This document shows, in pieces, positions 23,071 through 41,060 of a stretch of DNA of 64,000 bases. The position numbers and the translations under genes are program-made. Within the stretch, counting starts at the first letter, position 1. Every line of letters begins with the position of its first letter. Below the pieces are notes generated by a model, which saw nothing but the letters and a program-made list of their open reading frames with translations, searched no databases and was not told the origin of the DNA. This stretch comes from Candidatus Brocadiia bacterium. GTDB lineage: Bacteria > Planctomycetota > Brocadiia > CAIUPP01. The stretch is from positions 9,426-73,425 of the forward strand of contig JBEKCB010000027.1 in NCBI GenBank assembly GCA_050015075.1, written 5' to 3'.

Positions 23071-23256
23071 TCACCAACTCGCTTTGCGAACGCCCGGAAT
23101 CTGCCCGGCAGAGGCCAGGTTGCGGAAGCAGATCCGGCAGATTCTGAACTTGCGGTAGTAGGCGCGCGGCCGGCCGCACAACTCGCAGCGGTTGCGGTGC
23201 TGCACCTTGTACTTGGGCGGATTGATCGTCTTTTCCATCAGGCATTTTCTGGTCAT
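23071..23256 (-). CDS. rpsN: 30S ribosomal protein S14 (short Zn-binding type)
   Basis: 61 aa, RCELCGRPR...[15 protein letters not shown]. Confidence 0.97.
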   Translation of the reverse strand: MTRKCLMEKTINPPKYKVQHRNRCELCGRPRAYYRKFRICRICFRNLASAGQIPGVRKASW

Positions 23257-23825
23257 GCGCGCGCCTTATGTTCGGTGGCCGCCGGCTCGCGGCGGAAGGG
23301 GAAGCCCATCATCCGGAGCAATTCCCGCGATGCCTCGGGCGACCCGCCGGTGATCACGATCGTGATATCCATCCCCTGGACGAACTCGACCTTGTCAATG
23401 TTAATTTCCGGGAACACCGACTGCTCCGCGAGGCCGAGCGTGTAATTGCCCGACTCGTCGAACGAATCGGGCGAGAAGCCGCGGAAGTCGCGGATGCGCG
23501 GCATCGCCAGCGAGATCAGGCGGTCGAGGAACTCGTACATCCGCTTCCCGCGCAGCGTCACTTTGCAGCCGATCTCGTTGCCCTGGCGCAGTTTGAAGGC
23601 CGACACCGACTTGCGCGCCCGGGTGATCAGCGGCTTCTGGCCGGTGATCGCCGACAGGTCCTTCACGGCGTCTTCGAGCCGTTTCTTGTTCTCGGTCGCT
23701 TTGCCGACACCCATGTTCACCACGACCTTCTCCAGCCGCGGCACGGCCAGGGTGTTGGTATAGCCGAACTTGCTCTTGAGTTCGGGAATGACCTTCTCTT
23801 TGTATGCGTCCAGCAATCGCGCCAT
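23253..23825 (-). CDS. rplE: 50S ribosomal protein L5
   Basis: [30 protein letters not shown]. Confidence 0.98.
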   Translation of the reverse strand: MARLLDAYKEKVIPELKSKFGYTNTLAVPRLEKVVVNMGVGKATENKKRLEDAVKDLSAITGQKPLITRARKSVSAFKLRQGNEIGCKVTLRGKRMYEFLDRLISLAMPRIRDFRGFSPDSFDESGNYTLGLAEQSVFPEINIDKVEFVQGMDITIVITGGSPEASRELLRMMGFPFRREPAATEHKARA

Positions 23826-23866
23826 CTGTGGCGTCCCTTAATCGCGGAAGCGATCCGGCCGGCGGC

Positions 23867-24256
23867 TCAGCGCGCGCCGCCGCCGATCGTGTCTCCGCAT
23901 TTCTTGCAAACCCTCAGCACGTCGCGCCGGCGCTTGCCGCGCGAATCTTTTTTCTCGACCACCTGCATGCGGACGCGCGCCGGCCCGTTGCACTTCGCGC
24001 AGAAGAGCGATACGTTCGAGACATGGATCGGCGCCTCTTTGGCCACCCGGCCGCCCTGCGGATGCTTCTGGCTCCGCCGCACGTGCCGGTAGACGTAGTT
24101 CACGCCTTCGACGATGACCCGCTCGGAGTCCGGGATCACCATGAGGACCCGCGCGACCGATCCGGCTTCCTCTTTGCCGATCGCCCGGCGGTCCAACTGC
24201 TTGGCGCCGGTGATCGCCTTGATCAGCACAACCTGGTCGTTTTTTCTGATGCGCAT
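23867..24256 (-). CDS. rplX: 50S ribosomal protein L24
   Basis: VIVEGVN, EAPIHVSNV; position between rplN and rplE. Confidence 0.96.
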   Translation of the reverse strand: MRIRKNDQVVLIKAITGAKQLDRRAIGKEEAGSVARVLMVIPDSERVIVEGVNYVYRHVRRSQKHPQGGRVAKEAPIHVSNVSLFCAKCNGPARVRMQVVEKKDSRGKRRRDVLRVCKKCGDTIGGGAR

Positions 24257-24275
24257 TCTGCCGTTCCTTGCCTCG

Positions 24276-24644
24276 TCAGACGACTTCCGCCGCGAGGGAG
24301 ATGATTTTCATGAAGTTCTTCTGGCGCAACTCGCGCGCCACCGCGCCGAAAATGCGCGTGCCTCGCGGATTGCCTTCCGCGTCAATGATGACCGCCGCGT
24401 TCCGGTCGAACCGCACGTACGACCCGTCCGGCCGGCGCACCGGCGAGCAGGTCCGGACGACCACCGCCCGCACGACCGCGCCTTCCTCGATCTCGCCGCC
24501 GGGCACGGCCTTCTTGACCGAGCAGACGATCGTGTCGCCGATCGAGGCGTACCGGCGCCGCGTGCCGCCGAGCACCTTGAAGCAATAGACGATCTTGGCC
24601 CCGGTGTTGTCCGCGCAGTCGAGGCGAGTCTGTTCCTGAATCAC
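24276..24644 (-). CDS. rplN: 50S ribosomal protein L14
   Basis: [27 protein letters not shown]. Confidence 0.98.
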   Translation of the reverse strand: MIQEQTRLDCADNTGAKIVYCFKVLGGTRRRYASIGDTIVCSVKKAVPGGEIEEGAVVRAVVVRTCSPVRRPDGSYVRFDRNAAVIIDAEGNPRGTRIFGAVARELRQKNFMKIISLAAEVV

Positions 24645-24928
24645 GGCTTGACCTCGCTTCCCACTCGGGCGCCGGGGCTGACGACGACGCGGACCAGCCG
24701 CCAGTGCTTCGTCTTGCTGATCGGCCGGGACTGCATGATCTCGACCGTATCGCCCATCTTGGCCTCTTGCTTCTCGTCATGCACGCGATAGAGCGTCGCG
24801 CGGCGGACGTAGCGGTGATACTTCGGATGCTCCACCAGCTCGACGCTCCGGACGACGATGGTCTTGTTCCGGGGCTCTCTCTCCACCACGCCGGTCTGCA
24901 TCGAACGTGGGCGGCGTTCCTCGCTCAT
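24641..24928 (-). CDS. rpsQ: 30S ribosomal protein S17
   Basis: [21 protein letters not shown]. Confidence 0.97.
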   Translation of the reverse strand: MSEERRPRSMQTGVVEREPRNKTIVVRSVELVEHPKYHRYVRRATLYRVHDEKQEAKMGDTVEIMQSRPISKTKHWRLVRVVVSPGARVGSEVKP

Positions 24929-25167
24929 GACTTCTTTGACCTTTCCTCAACGGCCTTCGCCGGGGCGGCGGCGCGCGCGGCCAGTTCGCGTTCGTGCAGC
25001 GCCGTCAACAGCCGGGCGATGTCCTTCTTGAGCTTGCGCAGTTCCGCCGGGCGTTCGAGCTGCTCCGTCTCGCGCTGGAAGCGCAAGTTGAAGAGCGCTC
25101 TCCGCTTTTCCGAGAGTTCGCGGTTGATCTCTTCGTTCGGCAATTCGCGTATTTCCGCAATCTTCAC
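24925..25167 (-). CDS. rpmC: 50S ribosomal protein L29
   Basis: GTG start; KIAEIRELP...LFNLRFQ...KKDIARLLT. Confidence 0.95.
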   Translation of the reverse strand: MKIAEIRELPNEEINRELSEKRRALFNLRFQRETEQLERPAELRKLKKDIARLLTALHERELAARAAAPAKAVEERSKKS

Positions 25168-25583
25168 AGTTTCGGCCTCCGCTTCACGAGCCGAACCCGG
25201 ATCGGCAGCTTGTGCGCGACGCGGTTCAGGGCCTGCCGGGCGACTTCCTCCGGCAGACCGCCGAGTTCGTACAGGATCGTGCCCGGCTTGATGACCGCCG
25301 CCCAGTAGACCGGCTCGCCTTTTCCGCTTCCCATGCGCACCTCGGCCGGCTTGCCGGTGATCGGCTTGTCCGGGAACACGCGGATCCAGACTTTTCCCTC
25401 GCGGCCCATATAGTGCTGCGCGGCGACGCGCCCGGCCTCGAGCTGCCGGGCCGCCAGCCACGCCGGCTCGAGCGCCTGCAAGCCGTATTCGCCGAACGCC
25501 ACCGTGTTGGCGCGGGTCGCCAGGCCGCGGACGATGCCGCGCTGCGACTTGCGAAATTTAACCCGCTTGGGCATCAGCGGCAT
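25164..25583 (-). CDS. rplP: 50S ribosomal protein L16
   Basis: [29 protein letters not shown]. Confidence 0.97.
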   Translation of the reverse strand: MPLMPKRVKFRKSQRGIVRGLATRANTVAFGEYGLQALEPAWLAARQLEAGRVAAQHYMGREGKVWIRVFPDKPITGKPAEVRMGSGKGEPVYWAAVIKPGTILYELGGLPEEVARQALNRVAHKLPIRVRLVKRRPKL

Positions 25584-26232
25584 GAGCTGTCTCCTTCTGC
25601 GGCTCCTCGACGACCGGCTCCAGGTGGATCCAGACCTTGACGCCAATCTTGCCCATCACCGTCAGGGCCTCGGCGAAGCCGTAATCAATCTTCGCGCGCA
25701 GCGTGTGCAGCGGAATCGAGCCGAGGCTGATCATTTCGCGCCGCGACATTTCCGCGCCGCCCAGCCGGCCGGCGATGCGGATGCGCACGCCTTTCGCCCC
25801 GGCGTCGAGGGTGGTCTCCGCGGCCTTGCGCACCGTCCTCTTGAACGAGGCCCGCTTGCAGAGCTGCTCGGCGATCCCTTCCGCGACGAGTTGCGCGTCC
25901 ATTTCGGGGTGATGGATCTCAACGATGTTGATATCCACCTTCTGCTTCACGATCTCCTCCAGGCGCGCCCGCAGCCGGTCCACTTCCGAGCCTTTCCGGC
26001 CGATGATCACGCCGGGACGGCCGCAGAAGAGCGTCACGCGCACTTCATCGCGCGTCCGGTCAATCTCCACGCGCGAGATCAGCGCGAAGGCGTAATTGGC
26101 CTTGATGAAATCGCGCAGTCTCTTGTCGGCCACGACAAGCCCGCCGAACTCCTTCTTGCGCGCGTACCAGCGGGACCGCCAATTCTCAGTGATCCCCAGC
26201 CGGAACGATATCGGGTTGACTTTCTGACCCAT
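25558..26232 (-). CDS. rpsC: 30S ribosomal protein S3
   Basis: [33 protein letters not shown]. Confidence 0.98.
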   Translation of the reverse strand: MGQKVNPISFRLGITENWRSRWYARKKEFGGLVVADKRLRDFIKANYAFALISRVEIDRTRDEVRVTLFCGRPGVIIGRKGSEVDRLRARLEEIVKQKVDINIVEIHHPEMDAQLVAEGIAEQLCKRASFKRTVRKAAETTLDAGAKGVRIRIAGRLGGAEMSRREMISLGSIPLHTLRAKIDYGFAEALTVMGKIGVKVWIHLEPVVEEPQKETAHAADAQAG

Positions 26233-26255
26233 GTTTCCTCCAAAACGGCCGCGAA

Positions 26256-26738
26256 CTACGGCCGCTTCGCCTCCGCTTTCGCGGGCTTCTCGGCCTTTAC
26301 AGCCTTCGCGGGCTTCTCCGTCTTCGCAGGCTTCTCCGCCTTCGCGGGTTTCTCAGCTTTTGCGGACTTCTCCGCTTTTACGGGCTTCTGCTCTTCGGGC
26401 TCTTCGGGAGCCGACGAGACCACCAGGTGAATATGGCATGTGCGAAAGCGCATGCGGGCGGACATGCCGCGAGGCCGGGCAAACCAGCCCTTGCGCATCG
26501 GGCCCGGATCCACCCAGGCCTTCGACACCAGCAGGTCCTCCGGCTCCGAGTCGAACCGTTCGGCCGCGGTGGCGACGGCCGACTTGAGCAGCTTGGTGAC
26601 CATCGCCGAGGTGCGCTTGCGCGTCAGCCGCAGCGTATTGAGCGCGTCGTCCACGCTCGCGCCGCGGACCAGGTCCACCACCAGCCGCGCCTTGCGCGGG
26701 GCGACCTTCGCATACCGATAAGAAACTTCGAGTTCCAT
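26256..26738 (-). CDS. rplV: 50S ribosomal protein L22 with (AEKPAK)n tail
   Basis: APRKARLVVDLVRG, VDPGP, TCHI. Confidence 0.97.
   Translation of the reverse strand: MELEVSYRYAKVAPRKARLVVDLVRGASVDDALNTLRLTRKRTSAMVTKLLKSAVATAAERFDSEPEDLLVSKAWVDPGPMRKGWFARPRGMSARMRFRTCHIHLVVSSAPEEPEEQKPVKAEKSAKAEKPAKAEKPAKTEKPAKAVKAEKPAKAEAKRP
26271..26390 (-). repeat. Degenerate 18-nt coding tandem repeat in the rplV 3' end
   Basis: Encodes KPVKAEKSAKAEKPAKAEKPAKTEKPAKAVKAEKPAKAE. Confidence 0.85.
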
Positions 26739-26749
26739 GTTCTGCCTGC

Positions 26750-27070
26750 CTAACCGCGCGCCGGAGCGGCTGCGGCCGGGGCGCCGCCGGCGCCGGCTTC
26801 CGCCTTCGCCCGCCGTCCGCTGTGGCCGCGGAACGTGCGCGTCGCCGCGAATTCACCCAGCCGATGACCGACCATTTCCTCGACCACGAACACTTTCACA
26901 AACGTCTTGCCCTGGTGGACCATGAACGTGTGGTTCACGAATTCCGGGACAATGACACACGCGCGACGCCAGGTCTTCAGCGGCTCGCGGTCGCCCGCTT
27001 CCTTCTGCCGCATTACTTTCTGGCGCAGCTTCGGGTCCACGTACGGGCCCTTTTTCGTCGAGCGGCTCAT
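26750..27070 (-). CDS. rpsS: 30S ribosomal protein S19
   Basis: RSTKKGPYVD, MVGHRLGEFAATR. Confidence 0.98.
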   Translation of the reverse strand: MSRSTKKGPYVDPKLRQKVMRQKEAGDREPLKTWRRACVIVPEFVNHTFMVHQGKTFVKVFVVEEMVGHRLGEFAATRTFRGHSGRRAKAEAGAGGAPAAAAPARG

Positions 27071-27099
27071 GCATCAACTCCTGAGGCTTCAGCCCGGGC

Positions 27100-27936
27100 C
27101 TACCGGCCCGACGGCCGCCGCCGGACAATAAACCGACTGGTCGGGTTCCTGCGTTTCCGCGTCTTTCCGCCCTTGGACAGCACACTGGTCGGGCCAACCT
27201 GCGGCCGGCCGCCGCCGCCGGTGCGGCCTTCGCCGCCGCCCATCGGATGGTCAATCGGGTTCATGGAAGAGCCGCGGTTGTGCGGCTTGCGGCCCAGCCA
27301 GCGCATGCGGCCCGCCTTGCCGAGGCGGATGTTCTGATGATCGAGGTTGCCGACCTGGCCGATGGTCGCGCGGCAGTCCAGGTGGATCAGCCGCATCTCG
27401 CCCGAGGGCATGACCAGGTGAGCGTACTCCCCTTCCTTCGCGGAGATCTGCACCACCGAGCCGGCCGAGCGCGCGATCCGCGCGCCGGAGCCGGGCGTGC
27501 TTTCGACGGCGTGAACCGGCACGCCCTGCGGGATGTTGCGGAGCAGCATCGTGTTGCCGATCTTCGGCTCCACTTCCTTGCCGGAGAGCAGAATCTGCCC
27601 GACTTCGAGCTTGTCCGGGCAGAGGATATATCGCTTCTCGCCGTCCTTGTAGTGCAGCAGGGCGATGCGCGCCGAGCGGTTCGGGTCGTATTCGACTGCG
27701 GCGACGCGCGCCGGAATCCCGTCCTTGTCGCGCCGGAAATCAATCATCCGGTAGCGCTGCTTGTGCCCGCCGCCGCGGAACCGGGTGGTCGTGACGCCCT
27801 GCGCGTTCCGGCCGCCGGTTTGCTTTTGCGGAAGGGTGAGCCTCTTTTCCGGCTTGGACTTCGTGATTTCCGCGAAGTCGGAGCTGGTGCCCAGGCGCCG
27901 GCCCGGCGACGTCGGTCTGAATTTCTTTATTCCCAT
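27100..27936 (-). CDS. rplB: 50S ribosomal protein L2
   Basis: [33 protein letters not shown]. Confidence 0.99.
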   Translation of the reverse strand: MGIKKFRPTSPGRRLGTSSDFAEITKSKPEKRLTLPQKQTGGRNAQGVTTTRFRGGGHKQRYRMIDFRRDKDGIPARVAAVEYDPNRSARIALLHYKDGEKRYILCPDKLEVGQILLSGKEVEPKIGNTMLLRNIPQGVPVHAVESTPGSGARIARSAGSVVQISAKEGEYAHLVMPSGEMRLIHLDCRATIGQVGNLDHQNIRLGKAGRMRWLGRKPHNRGSSMNPIDHPMGGGEGRTGGGGRPQVGPTSVLSKGGKTRKRRNPTSRFIVRRRPSGR

Positions 27937-27967
27937 TGCACGTCCTCATCCTCGCCCGGAGGCTGGA

Positions 27968-28252
27968 TCAGATAAACTCGATATTCTCGCCCGGCGCGAG
28001 GGTCACAATCGCCCGCTTCCACGGCCGCGCCTGGCCCTTGACGAACCGATACCGGCGCGCCTTGCCGTGGCGCGTCATCGTCCGGACCTTGCGCACGTGG
28101 ACGCTGAAAATCTCCTCGATGGCCTTCTTGACTTCAGCCTTGCTGGCGCCCATGTGCACCTCGAACGGATACTGGTTCAGGTGCGTGGCGCCGGACATCC
28201 CCTTTTCGGTGATGAGCGGCCGCAGGATGATCTGGTAACTGTCTCTCTTCAT
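27968..28252 (-). CDS. rplW: 50S ribosomal protein L23
   Basis: PLITEK, K.EVKKAIEEIF, WKRAIVTL. Confidence 0.97.
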   Translation of the reverse strand: MKRDSYQIILRPLITEKGMSGATHLNQYPFEVHMGASKAEVKKAIEEIFSVHVRKVRTMTRHGKARRYRFVKGQARPWKRAIVTLAPGENIEFI

Positions 28253-28875
28253 GAGCGGAGCGCCTCGATCACGCGTTGGAATGCCGTCTGGGTGAAAATC
28301 AGCCGGTTCGGCTGAAGAATATCGTATGCGTTGACATCCAGGGCGCGGCGGATGGTCACGGCGGGAATGTTGCGCGCGGATTTCAGGACGTTCGGGTTAT
28401 CGCCGTCCACGACGAGCAGGCACCGGCCTTCGACGCGCAACGACTTGAGCAGCGCGGCCACGGTCTTGGTCTTCGGGGCGTCGAGCGCGATTTCGCTGAC
28501 GAGCGAGACCACGCCGTCGCGCAGCCGCGCGAGCAAGGCCGAGCGCGTGGCGCCGCGGCGCGCGGCTTTCGGGATATGATAGGAGATGTCGCGCGTCATC
28601 GGCGGGAACGCCATGCCGCCGCCGCGCCGATGGGCCACGGTCCGCTGTCCGGCGCGGGCGTTGCCGGTATGCTTCTGGCGATAGATCTTGCGGGTCGAGC
28701 CGCTGACCTCGCCGCGGGTGAGGTGGCCCTTGGTGCAGACGTGCTGGTTCATCTGGTACATCTGCACCGCCTGCCGGAGCAGCATTTGCCTCACGCGTCC
28801 GCCCAGCGAACTCTCGTCCACTTCCACGGGCGCGAGCGCCTGCCCCTGCATGTCGAACATCGGAACGGAGATCAT
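28249..28875 (-). CDS. rplD: 50S ribosomal protein L4
   Basis: TRGEVSGSTRK.YRQKHTGNARAG, SARNIP. Confidence 0.97.
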   Translation of the reverse strand: MISVPMFDMQGQALAPVEVDESSLGGRVRQMLLRQAVQMYQMNQHVCTKGHLTRGEVSGSTRKIYRQKHTGNARAGQRTVAHRRGGGMAFPPMTRDISYHIPKAARRGATRSALLARLRDGVVSLVSEIALDAPKTKTVAALLKSLRVEGRCLLVVDGDNPNVLKSARNIPAVTIRRALDVNAYDILQPNRLIFTQTAFQRVIEALRS

Positions 28876-29519
28876 GATTGCTTCCCCTTGCCGTGCAGGC
28901 GCGCGCGCACGACCACGTAGCTGCCGATGGCGCCCGGCACGGCGCCCTTCAGGAGCAGCAGATTCTTTTCCGCATCCACCTTCACGACCTTCAAGTTGGT
29001 CGTCGTATGGCGGGCGTCGCCCATGTGGCCGGCCATGCGCGTGCCGCGGCGCACGTGGCCGGGGTCCGTGTTGCTTCCGATGGAGCCCGGCGCGCGGTGG
29101 TCTTTCGAGGCGCCGTGCGAGGCCGGGTGGCCGTGGAAGCCGTACCGCTTCATGCCGCCCTGAAATCCTTTGCCCTTCGTCGTGCCGATCACGTCCACGT
29201 GCTCGCCGTCCTTGAACATGTTCACGGTGATCACCTGGCCCAGTTCGATCTTGTCAGCGCCGACGGGGGCGACTTCGCGAATGAACCGCTTCGGCTCGGT
29301 CTTGGCCGCGCGGGCGTGGCCGGACTCCGGCTTCGTAGCGCTCTTGCGCCGGCGGTCGTCGAAGCCGAGCTGAATGGCGTCGTAGCCGTCCGTGGCTTTG
29401 TTCTTGACCTGCATCACAGGGCAAGGCCCGGCCTGGATGACGGTGACCGGCAGCAGCGTGCCGTCGTCCGTGAAGAACTGCGTCATCCCGATTTTCTTCC
29501 CCAACAACCCGGCGACCAT
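28872..29519 (-). CDS. rplC: 50S ribosomal protein L3
   Basis: [30 protein letters not shown]. Confidence 0.98.
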   Translation of the reverse strand: MVAGLLGKKIGMTQFFTDDGTLLPVTVIQAGPCPVMQVKNKATDGYDAIQLGFDDRRRKSATKPESGHARAAKTEPKRFIREVAPVGADKIELGQVITVNMFKDGEHVDVIGTTKGKGFQGGMKRYGFHGHPASHGASKDHRAPGSIGSNTDPGHVRRGTRMAGHMGDARHTTTNLKVVKVDAEKNLLLLKGAVPGAIGSYVVVRARLHGKGKQS

Positions 29520-29539
29520 GGGTGCTGCTCCTGTAAAGG

Positions 29540-29848
29540 TCAGGCCTTGATCCGAATGTCAACTCCGGCGGGCATATCGAGCCGGCCCAACGCGTCAATC
29601 GTCTTGGCGGTCGGGTCAATGATGTCAATGATGCGTTTGTGGGTGCGGATTTCAAATTGCTCGCGCGACTTCTTGTCAATGTGCGGCGAGCGCAGCACGG
29701 TGTAGCGCTCGATCCTCGTCGGGAGCGGGATGGGGCCGCTCACTCGCGCGCCGGTGTCCTTGGCCGCCTCGATAATCTTGGCGGCGGACTTGTCGAGTAT
29801 CCGGTGGTCGTACGCTTCCATGCGGATTCGAATTCTGTCTTTACTCAT
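29540..29848 (-). CDS. rpsJ: 30S ribosomal protein S10
   Basis: [27 protein letters not shown]. Confidence 0.99.
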   Translation of the reverse strand: MSKDRIRIRMEAYDHRILDKSAAKIIEAAKDTGARVSGPIPLPTRIERYTVLRSPHIDKKSREQFEIRTHKRIIDIIDPTAKTIDALGRLDMPAGVDIRIKA

Positions 29849-29974
29849 TGCCGGCCGTTCCCCACGCGCGCGCTCTTACATGGTGACATAAATGACATAC
29901 GCTCCCTGCTTCTCCGTAAGCTCCCGAGCCGGAGTTGTTCGGTTCAAGGTATTCTGGGTTGCACAAAGATACGC

Positions 29975-30003
29975 AATATAACGTATTTATGACCGGAAGT
30001 CAA
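29975..30003 (-). promoter_or_regulatory. Putative sigma70 promoter of the S10 operon
   Basis: Minus strand TTGACT-17nt-TATATT with an upstream A-tract (UP-like) in an AT-rich gap. Confidence 0.8.
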
Positions 30004-30021
30004 CTCTATTTTTTCACGTTT

Positions 30022-32085
30022 TTAGACAACCCATCGCTCGTAAACCTTCTTCGGCGCGGGCCGGTAATCGCTGGGCTCCAGCGTGTACGTGCCGCGCCCC
30101 TGGGTCAGCGAGCGCAAGGCCGTGGCATAGCCGAACATCTCAGAAAGCGGGGCCGTCGCCGCGACCACGCGCAGTTCGCCGCGGTCCTGGACCTGCGTGA
30201 TGTCTGCGCGCCGGCTGTTCAGGTCGGCGATGATGTCGCCCAGGTACTGCGCGGGCGCGACCGCCTCCAGCGACATGATCGGTTCGAGGAGCACCGCGCC
30301 GGCCTCCTCCACCGCCTTGCGCATCGCCATGGATGCGGCCGCCTCGAAGGCGACGTCGTCGGAATCGGAAGGATGTTCCTCCGCGTCGAGCAGCGTGACG
30401 GCCACGTTGATCAGCGGGTACCCGGTGACCACGCCACCGCGCGCGGTCTCGGTGACGCCCGTCTCGATCGCGGCGGCGAAACGCCGCTTGATTTTCTGCG
30501 GCGGCACCTCATTGACGAAGGAAACTTTTCCGCGGAGCGCCGCGGGACTGACGCGCAACTTGACGACGGCGAACGTCCCGCGCGTCCCGGTCTGCTGGAC
30601 GATACGGCCTTCCGCTTCGCGCTCTGCGGCGACGGTCTCCTTGTAGGCGACCCGCGGTTCGCCCACGTTCGCGTCCACGCCGTAATCCTCGAGCAGCCGG
30701 TTCTTGATCACCTCCAGGTGCAGCTCGCCCATGCCGCTGATGACGAGCTGTGCGGTTTCCGCGTCGTTGCGGACTTCGAAGGTGGGATCCTCGCGCGTCA
30801 GTTTTGCGAGCGCCGCGGTGAGCTTCTCGCGGTCGGCCTGCGTGCGCGGCTCGATCGCCATGCTCACGACCGTCGAGGGGAACTGCATCGGTTCGAGCAG
30901 GATGGGAGTCGCCGCCTCGCAGAGCGTGTCGCCGGTGGCCGTGTGGCTCAAGCCGCTGACTGCGACGATTTCGCCCGGGCCCACCTCGGCCGGCTGTTCC
31001 TCCTTGCGGTTGGCCATCATCTGGTAGATGTGTCCGACGAGTTCCTTGCGGTCGCGGCGCGGGTTATACAGGCGCCGGCCCGTGCGCAGGACGCCGGAGT
31101 ACACGCGGACGTACACGAGTTCGTCGTAGCGGTCGGTCGCAACCTTGAATGCGATCATCGTCAGCGGCTCGTCCGGCGAAGGCTTTCTCTCGATGCTCCG
31201 CCCGCCGTGCGCCGGGTCTATGCCGATCACCGGCGGGACATCCGCCGGCGAGGGCAGGAAGTCGCAGACTGCGTCGAGCAGCGGATGGATGCCCGTCTTC
31301 CGCAGCGCCGAGCCGCAGAGGACCGGCACGGCCTTGTTGGCCAGGGTCAGCTCGCGGATGCCGGACCGCAACTCCTCTTCGTTCAGGGTGCCCGCTTCGA
31401 GGTACCTGCCGGCGAGGCGGTCCACCTGGTTGGCGACCGCTTCGGCCAGCCGGTCGCGCCAGAGCGCGGCGTCCTTTTCCAGTTCGGCCGGCACGGCTTC
31501 CTCGCGGATGTTCACGTCAATGCCGTCCACGTCGAAATACAGGGCGCGCATCCGGATCAGGTCCACCAGGCCCTGAAGCCCCTTCTCGCGCCCGATCGGG
31601 ATCTGGAGCACCAGCGGCCGGACGCCGAGCCGTTCGCGGATGGCCTCGACGACGCGGAAGAAATCCGCGCCGAGGCGGTCGAGCTTGTTGACGAAGCAGA
31701 GGCGCGGCACTTTGTAGCGGTCGGCCTGGCGCCAGACGGTCTCGGTCTGGGCCTCGACACCGCCGACGCCGCACAGGACGATGACCGCGCCGTCGAGCAC
31801 GCGCAGCGAACGCTCCACCTCGGCAGTGAAGTCCACGTGTCCGGGCGTATCAATCAGCGTGATGAAGCAGTCGCGCCATTCGAAACTGGTCGCGGCGGAG
31901 GTGATGGTGATGCCGCGACGCTGCTCTTCCTTCATCCAGTCGGTGACGGTGGTGCCCTCATCCACCTCGCCCATCTTGTACGTCTTGCCGGCGTAATACA
32001 GGACGCGCTCGGTGGTGGTGGTCTTGCCGGCATCAATGTGCGCCATGATGCCGATATTGCGTCGTTGGGCCAGAGAGACCTTCAT
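30022..32085 (-). CDS. fusA: Elongation factor G (str-locus copy, divergent domain IV)
   Basis: AHIDAGKTTTTER, RGITI, DTPGHVDF, NKLD, GMGELHLE, MFGYAT.LRS.TQGRG. Confidence 0.95.
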   Translation of the reverse strand: MKVSLAQRRNIGIMAHIDAGKTTTTERVLYYAGKTYKMGEVDEGTTVTDWMKEEQRRGITITSAATSFEWRDCFITLIDTPGHVDFTAEVERSLRVLDGAVIVLCGVGGVEAQTETVWRQADRYKVPRLCFVNKLDRLGADFFRVVEAIRERLGVRPLVLQIPIGREKGLQGLVDLIRMRALYFDVDGIDVNIREEAVPAELEKDAALWRDRLAEAVANQVDRLAGRYLEAGTLNEEELRSGIRELTLANKAVPVLCGSALRKTGIHPLLDAVCDFLPSPADVPPVIGIDPAHGGRSIERKPSPDEPLTMIAFKVATDRYDELVYVRVYSGVLRTGRRLYNPRRDRKELVGHIYQMMANRKEEQPAEVGPGEIVAVSGLSHTATGDTLCEAATPILLEPMQFPSTVVSMAIEPRTQADREKLTAALAKLTREDPTFEVRNDAETAQLVISGMGELHLEVIKNRLLEDYGVDANVGEPRVAYKETVAAEREAEGRIVQQTGTRGTFAVVKLRVSPAALRGKVSFVNEVPPQKIKRRFAAAIETGVTETARGGVVTGYPLINVAVTLLDAEEHPSDSDDVAFEAAASMAMRKAVEEAGAVLLEPIMSLEAVAPAQYLGDIIADLNSRRADITQVQDRGELRVVAATAPLSEMFGYATALRSLTQGRGTYTLEPSDYRPAPKKVYERWVV

Positions 32086-32196
32086 GCGACGATCACCTCA
32101 CCATGATGCCGCCTCGCGAAAGGGCGAGGCGGCGATCCACAGGCGGAGAGCTTCGGCGGGCGTGGAGCGGGCAGAACGGTCCGGTGTACGGCAGGT

Positions 32197-32670
32197 TCAC
32201 CAGGCGAAATGCGCAAACGCCTTGTTCGCTTCCGCCATCTTGTGAACGTTTTCCCGCTGAGTAAACGCCGCCCCCGTCTTGTTGTACGCGTCCACGAGTT
32301 CCGCCGCGAGCTTGACGTGCATCGGCTTGCCCTTCTTCGAGCGCGCCGCGTCGAGGATCCAGCGGATCGCCAGCGCGGTCGCCCGGTTGCGGGGCACTTC
32401 GACCGGGACCTGGTACGTGGCGCCGCCGACGCGCTTCGAGCGCACTTCCAGCGTGGGCCGAACGTTGTCCAGGCAGGTCTCGAACGCCTTGAGCGGATCC
32501 ACGCCCGGCACCTTTTCCTCGAGGATGTCCAGCGCCTGGTAGAAGCACCTTTCGGCGGTGCTCTTCTTGCCGCAGTGCATCAGGCAGTTGATGAACTTGG
32601 AGATCAACTTGCTCTTGTGGCGGACGTCCGGCTTGAGGAAGACTTCCGTGCTGCGATATTTCAGAGCCAT
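32197..32670 (-). CDS. rpsG: 30S ribosomal protein S7
   Basis: GKKSTAE, RVGGATYQVP, HKMAEANKAFAH; ATG 32670. Confidence 0.98.
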   Translation of the reverse strand: MALKYRSTEVFLKPDVRHKSKLISKFINCLMHCGKKSTAERCFYQALDILEEKVPGVDPLKAFETCLDNVRPTLEVRSKRVGGATYQVPVEVPRNRATALAIRWILDAARSKKGKPMHVKLAAELVDAYNKTGAAFTQRENVHKMAEANKAFAHFAW

Positions 32671-32705
32671 CTTGAGTTTGCTCCTCCTGTTTCCTTGAAG
32701 CGCGG

Positions 32706-33077
32706 CTACTTCGGCCGCTTGGCGCCGTACTTGGAGCGGCCCCGCCGCCGGGCCTCGACGCCGGTGGCATCGAGCTTGCCGCGGATGATGTGATACCGGA
32801 CGCCCGGCAGGTCGCGCACTCGCCCGCCGCGCACGAGCACGGTCAGGTGTTCCTGGAGGTTGTGTCCCTCGCCAGGAATGTACACGATGATCTCGCGCCC
32901 GTTGCTCAGCCGCACCTTGGCCACCTTGCGGAGGGCGCTGTTCGGCTTCTTCGGCGTGCGCGTCATCACCTGCAGGCAAACGCCGCGCTTCTGCGGGCAA
33001 CCCTGCAGGTCCGGCCGCTTGCTCTTCGTGCGGACCGTCTTGCGGCCCTTGCGGACCAACTGGCTGATCGTCGGCAT
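32706..33077 (-). CDS. rpsL: 30S ribosomal protein S12
   Basis: [29 protein letters not shown]. Confidence 0.99.
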   Translation of the reverse strand: MPTISQLVRKGRKTVRTKSKRPDLQGCPQKRGVCLQVMTRTPKKPNSALRKVAKVRLSNGREIIVYIPGEGHNLQEHLTVLVRGGRVRDLPGVRYHIIRGKLDATGVEARRRGRSKYGAKRPK

Positions 33078-33110
33078 TCTCGTACTCCTATAACCGTTTT
33101 CCCCGGCGGA

Positions 33111-37229
<4,119 letters not shown>

Positions 37230-37300
37230 AACTTCGTCTCCTTTAACATGGCCGCCCGGATGCAGCGGCCCCAGGAACGGAACTCATCTTTTCAGCCGGC

Positions 37301-41002
<3,702 letters not shown>

Positions 41003-41004
41003 CT

Positions 41005-41054
41005 GAACGACGATGGCCCATGGACGATGGACCCTCGTCCGTCGTTGATCGTTC
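41005..41054. repeat. Imperfect palindrome with gacgatg-type short units between rplL and rpoB-B
   Basis: gaacgacgatggcccatggacgatggaccctcgtccgtcgttgatcgttc. Confidence 0.6.
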
Positions 41055-41060
41055 GCCTCC

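Noticed and set aside
26271-26390. Tandem repeats as a possible CRISPR array
   Set aside because: In-frame degenerate coding repeats without spacers; no cas genes
29849-29974. S10 leader with a TGACATA direct repeat as a specific regulatory RNA
   Set aside because: Too short, and no convincing structure could be supported by eye
32197-33000. N-terminally extended ORF-track calls for rpsG (also rplO, rpmC, rpsA, nusG, DUF296)
   Set aside because: The extensions overlap upstream genes or leaders; downstream starts match family N-termini
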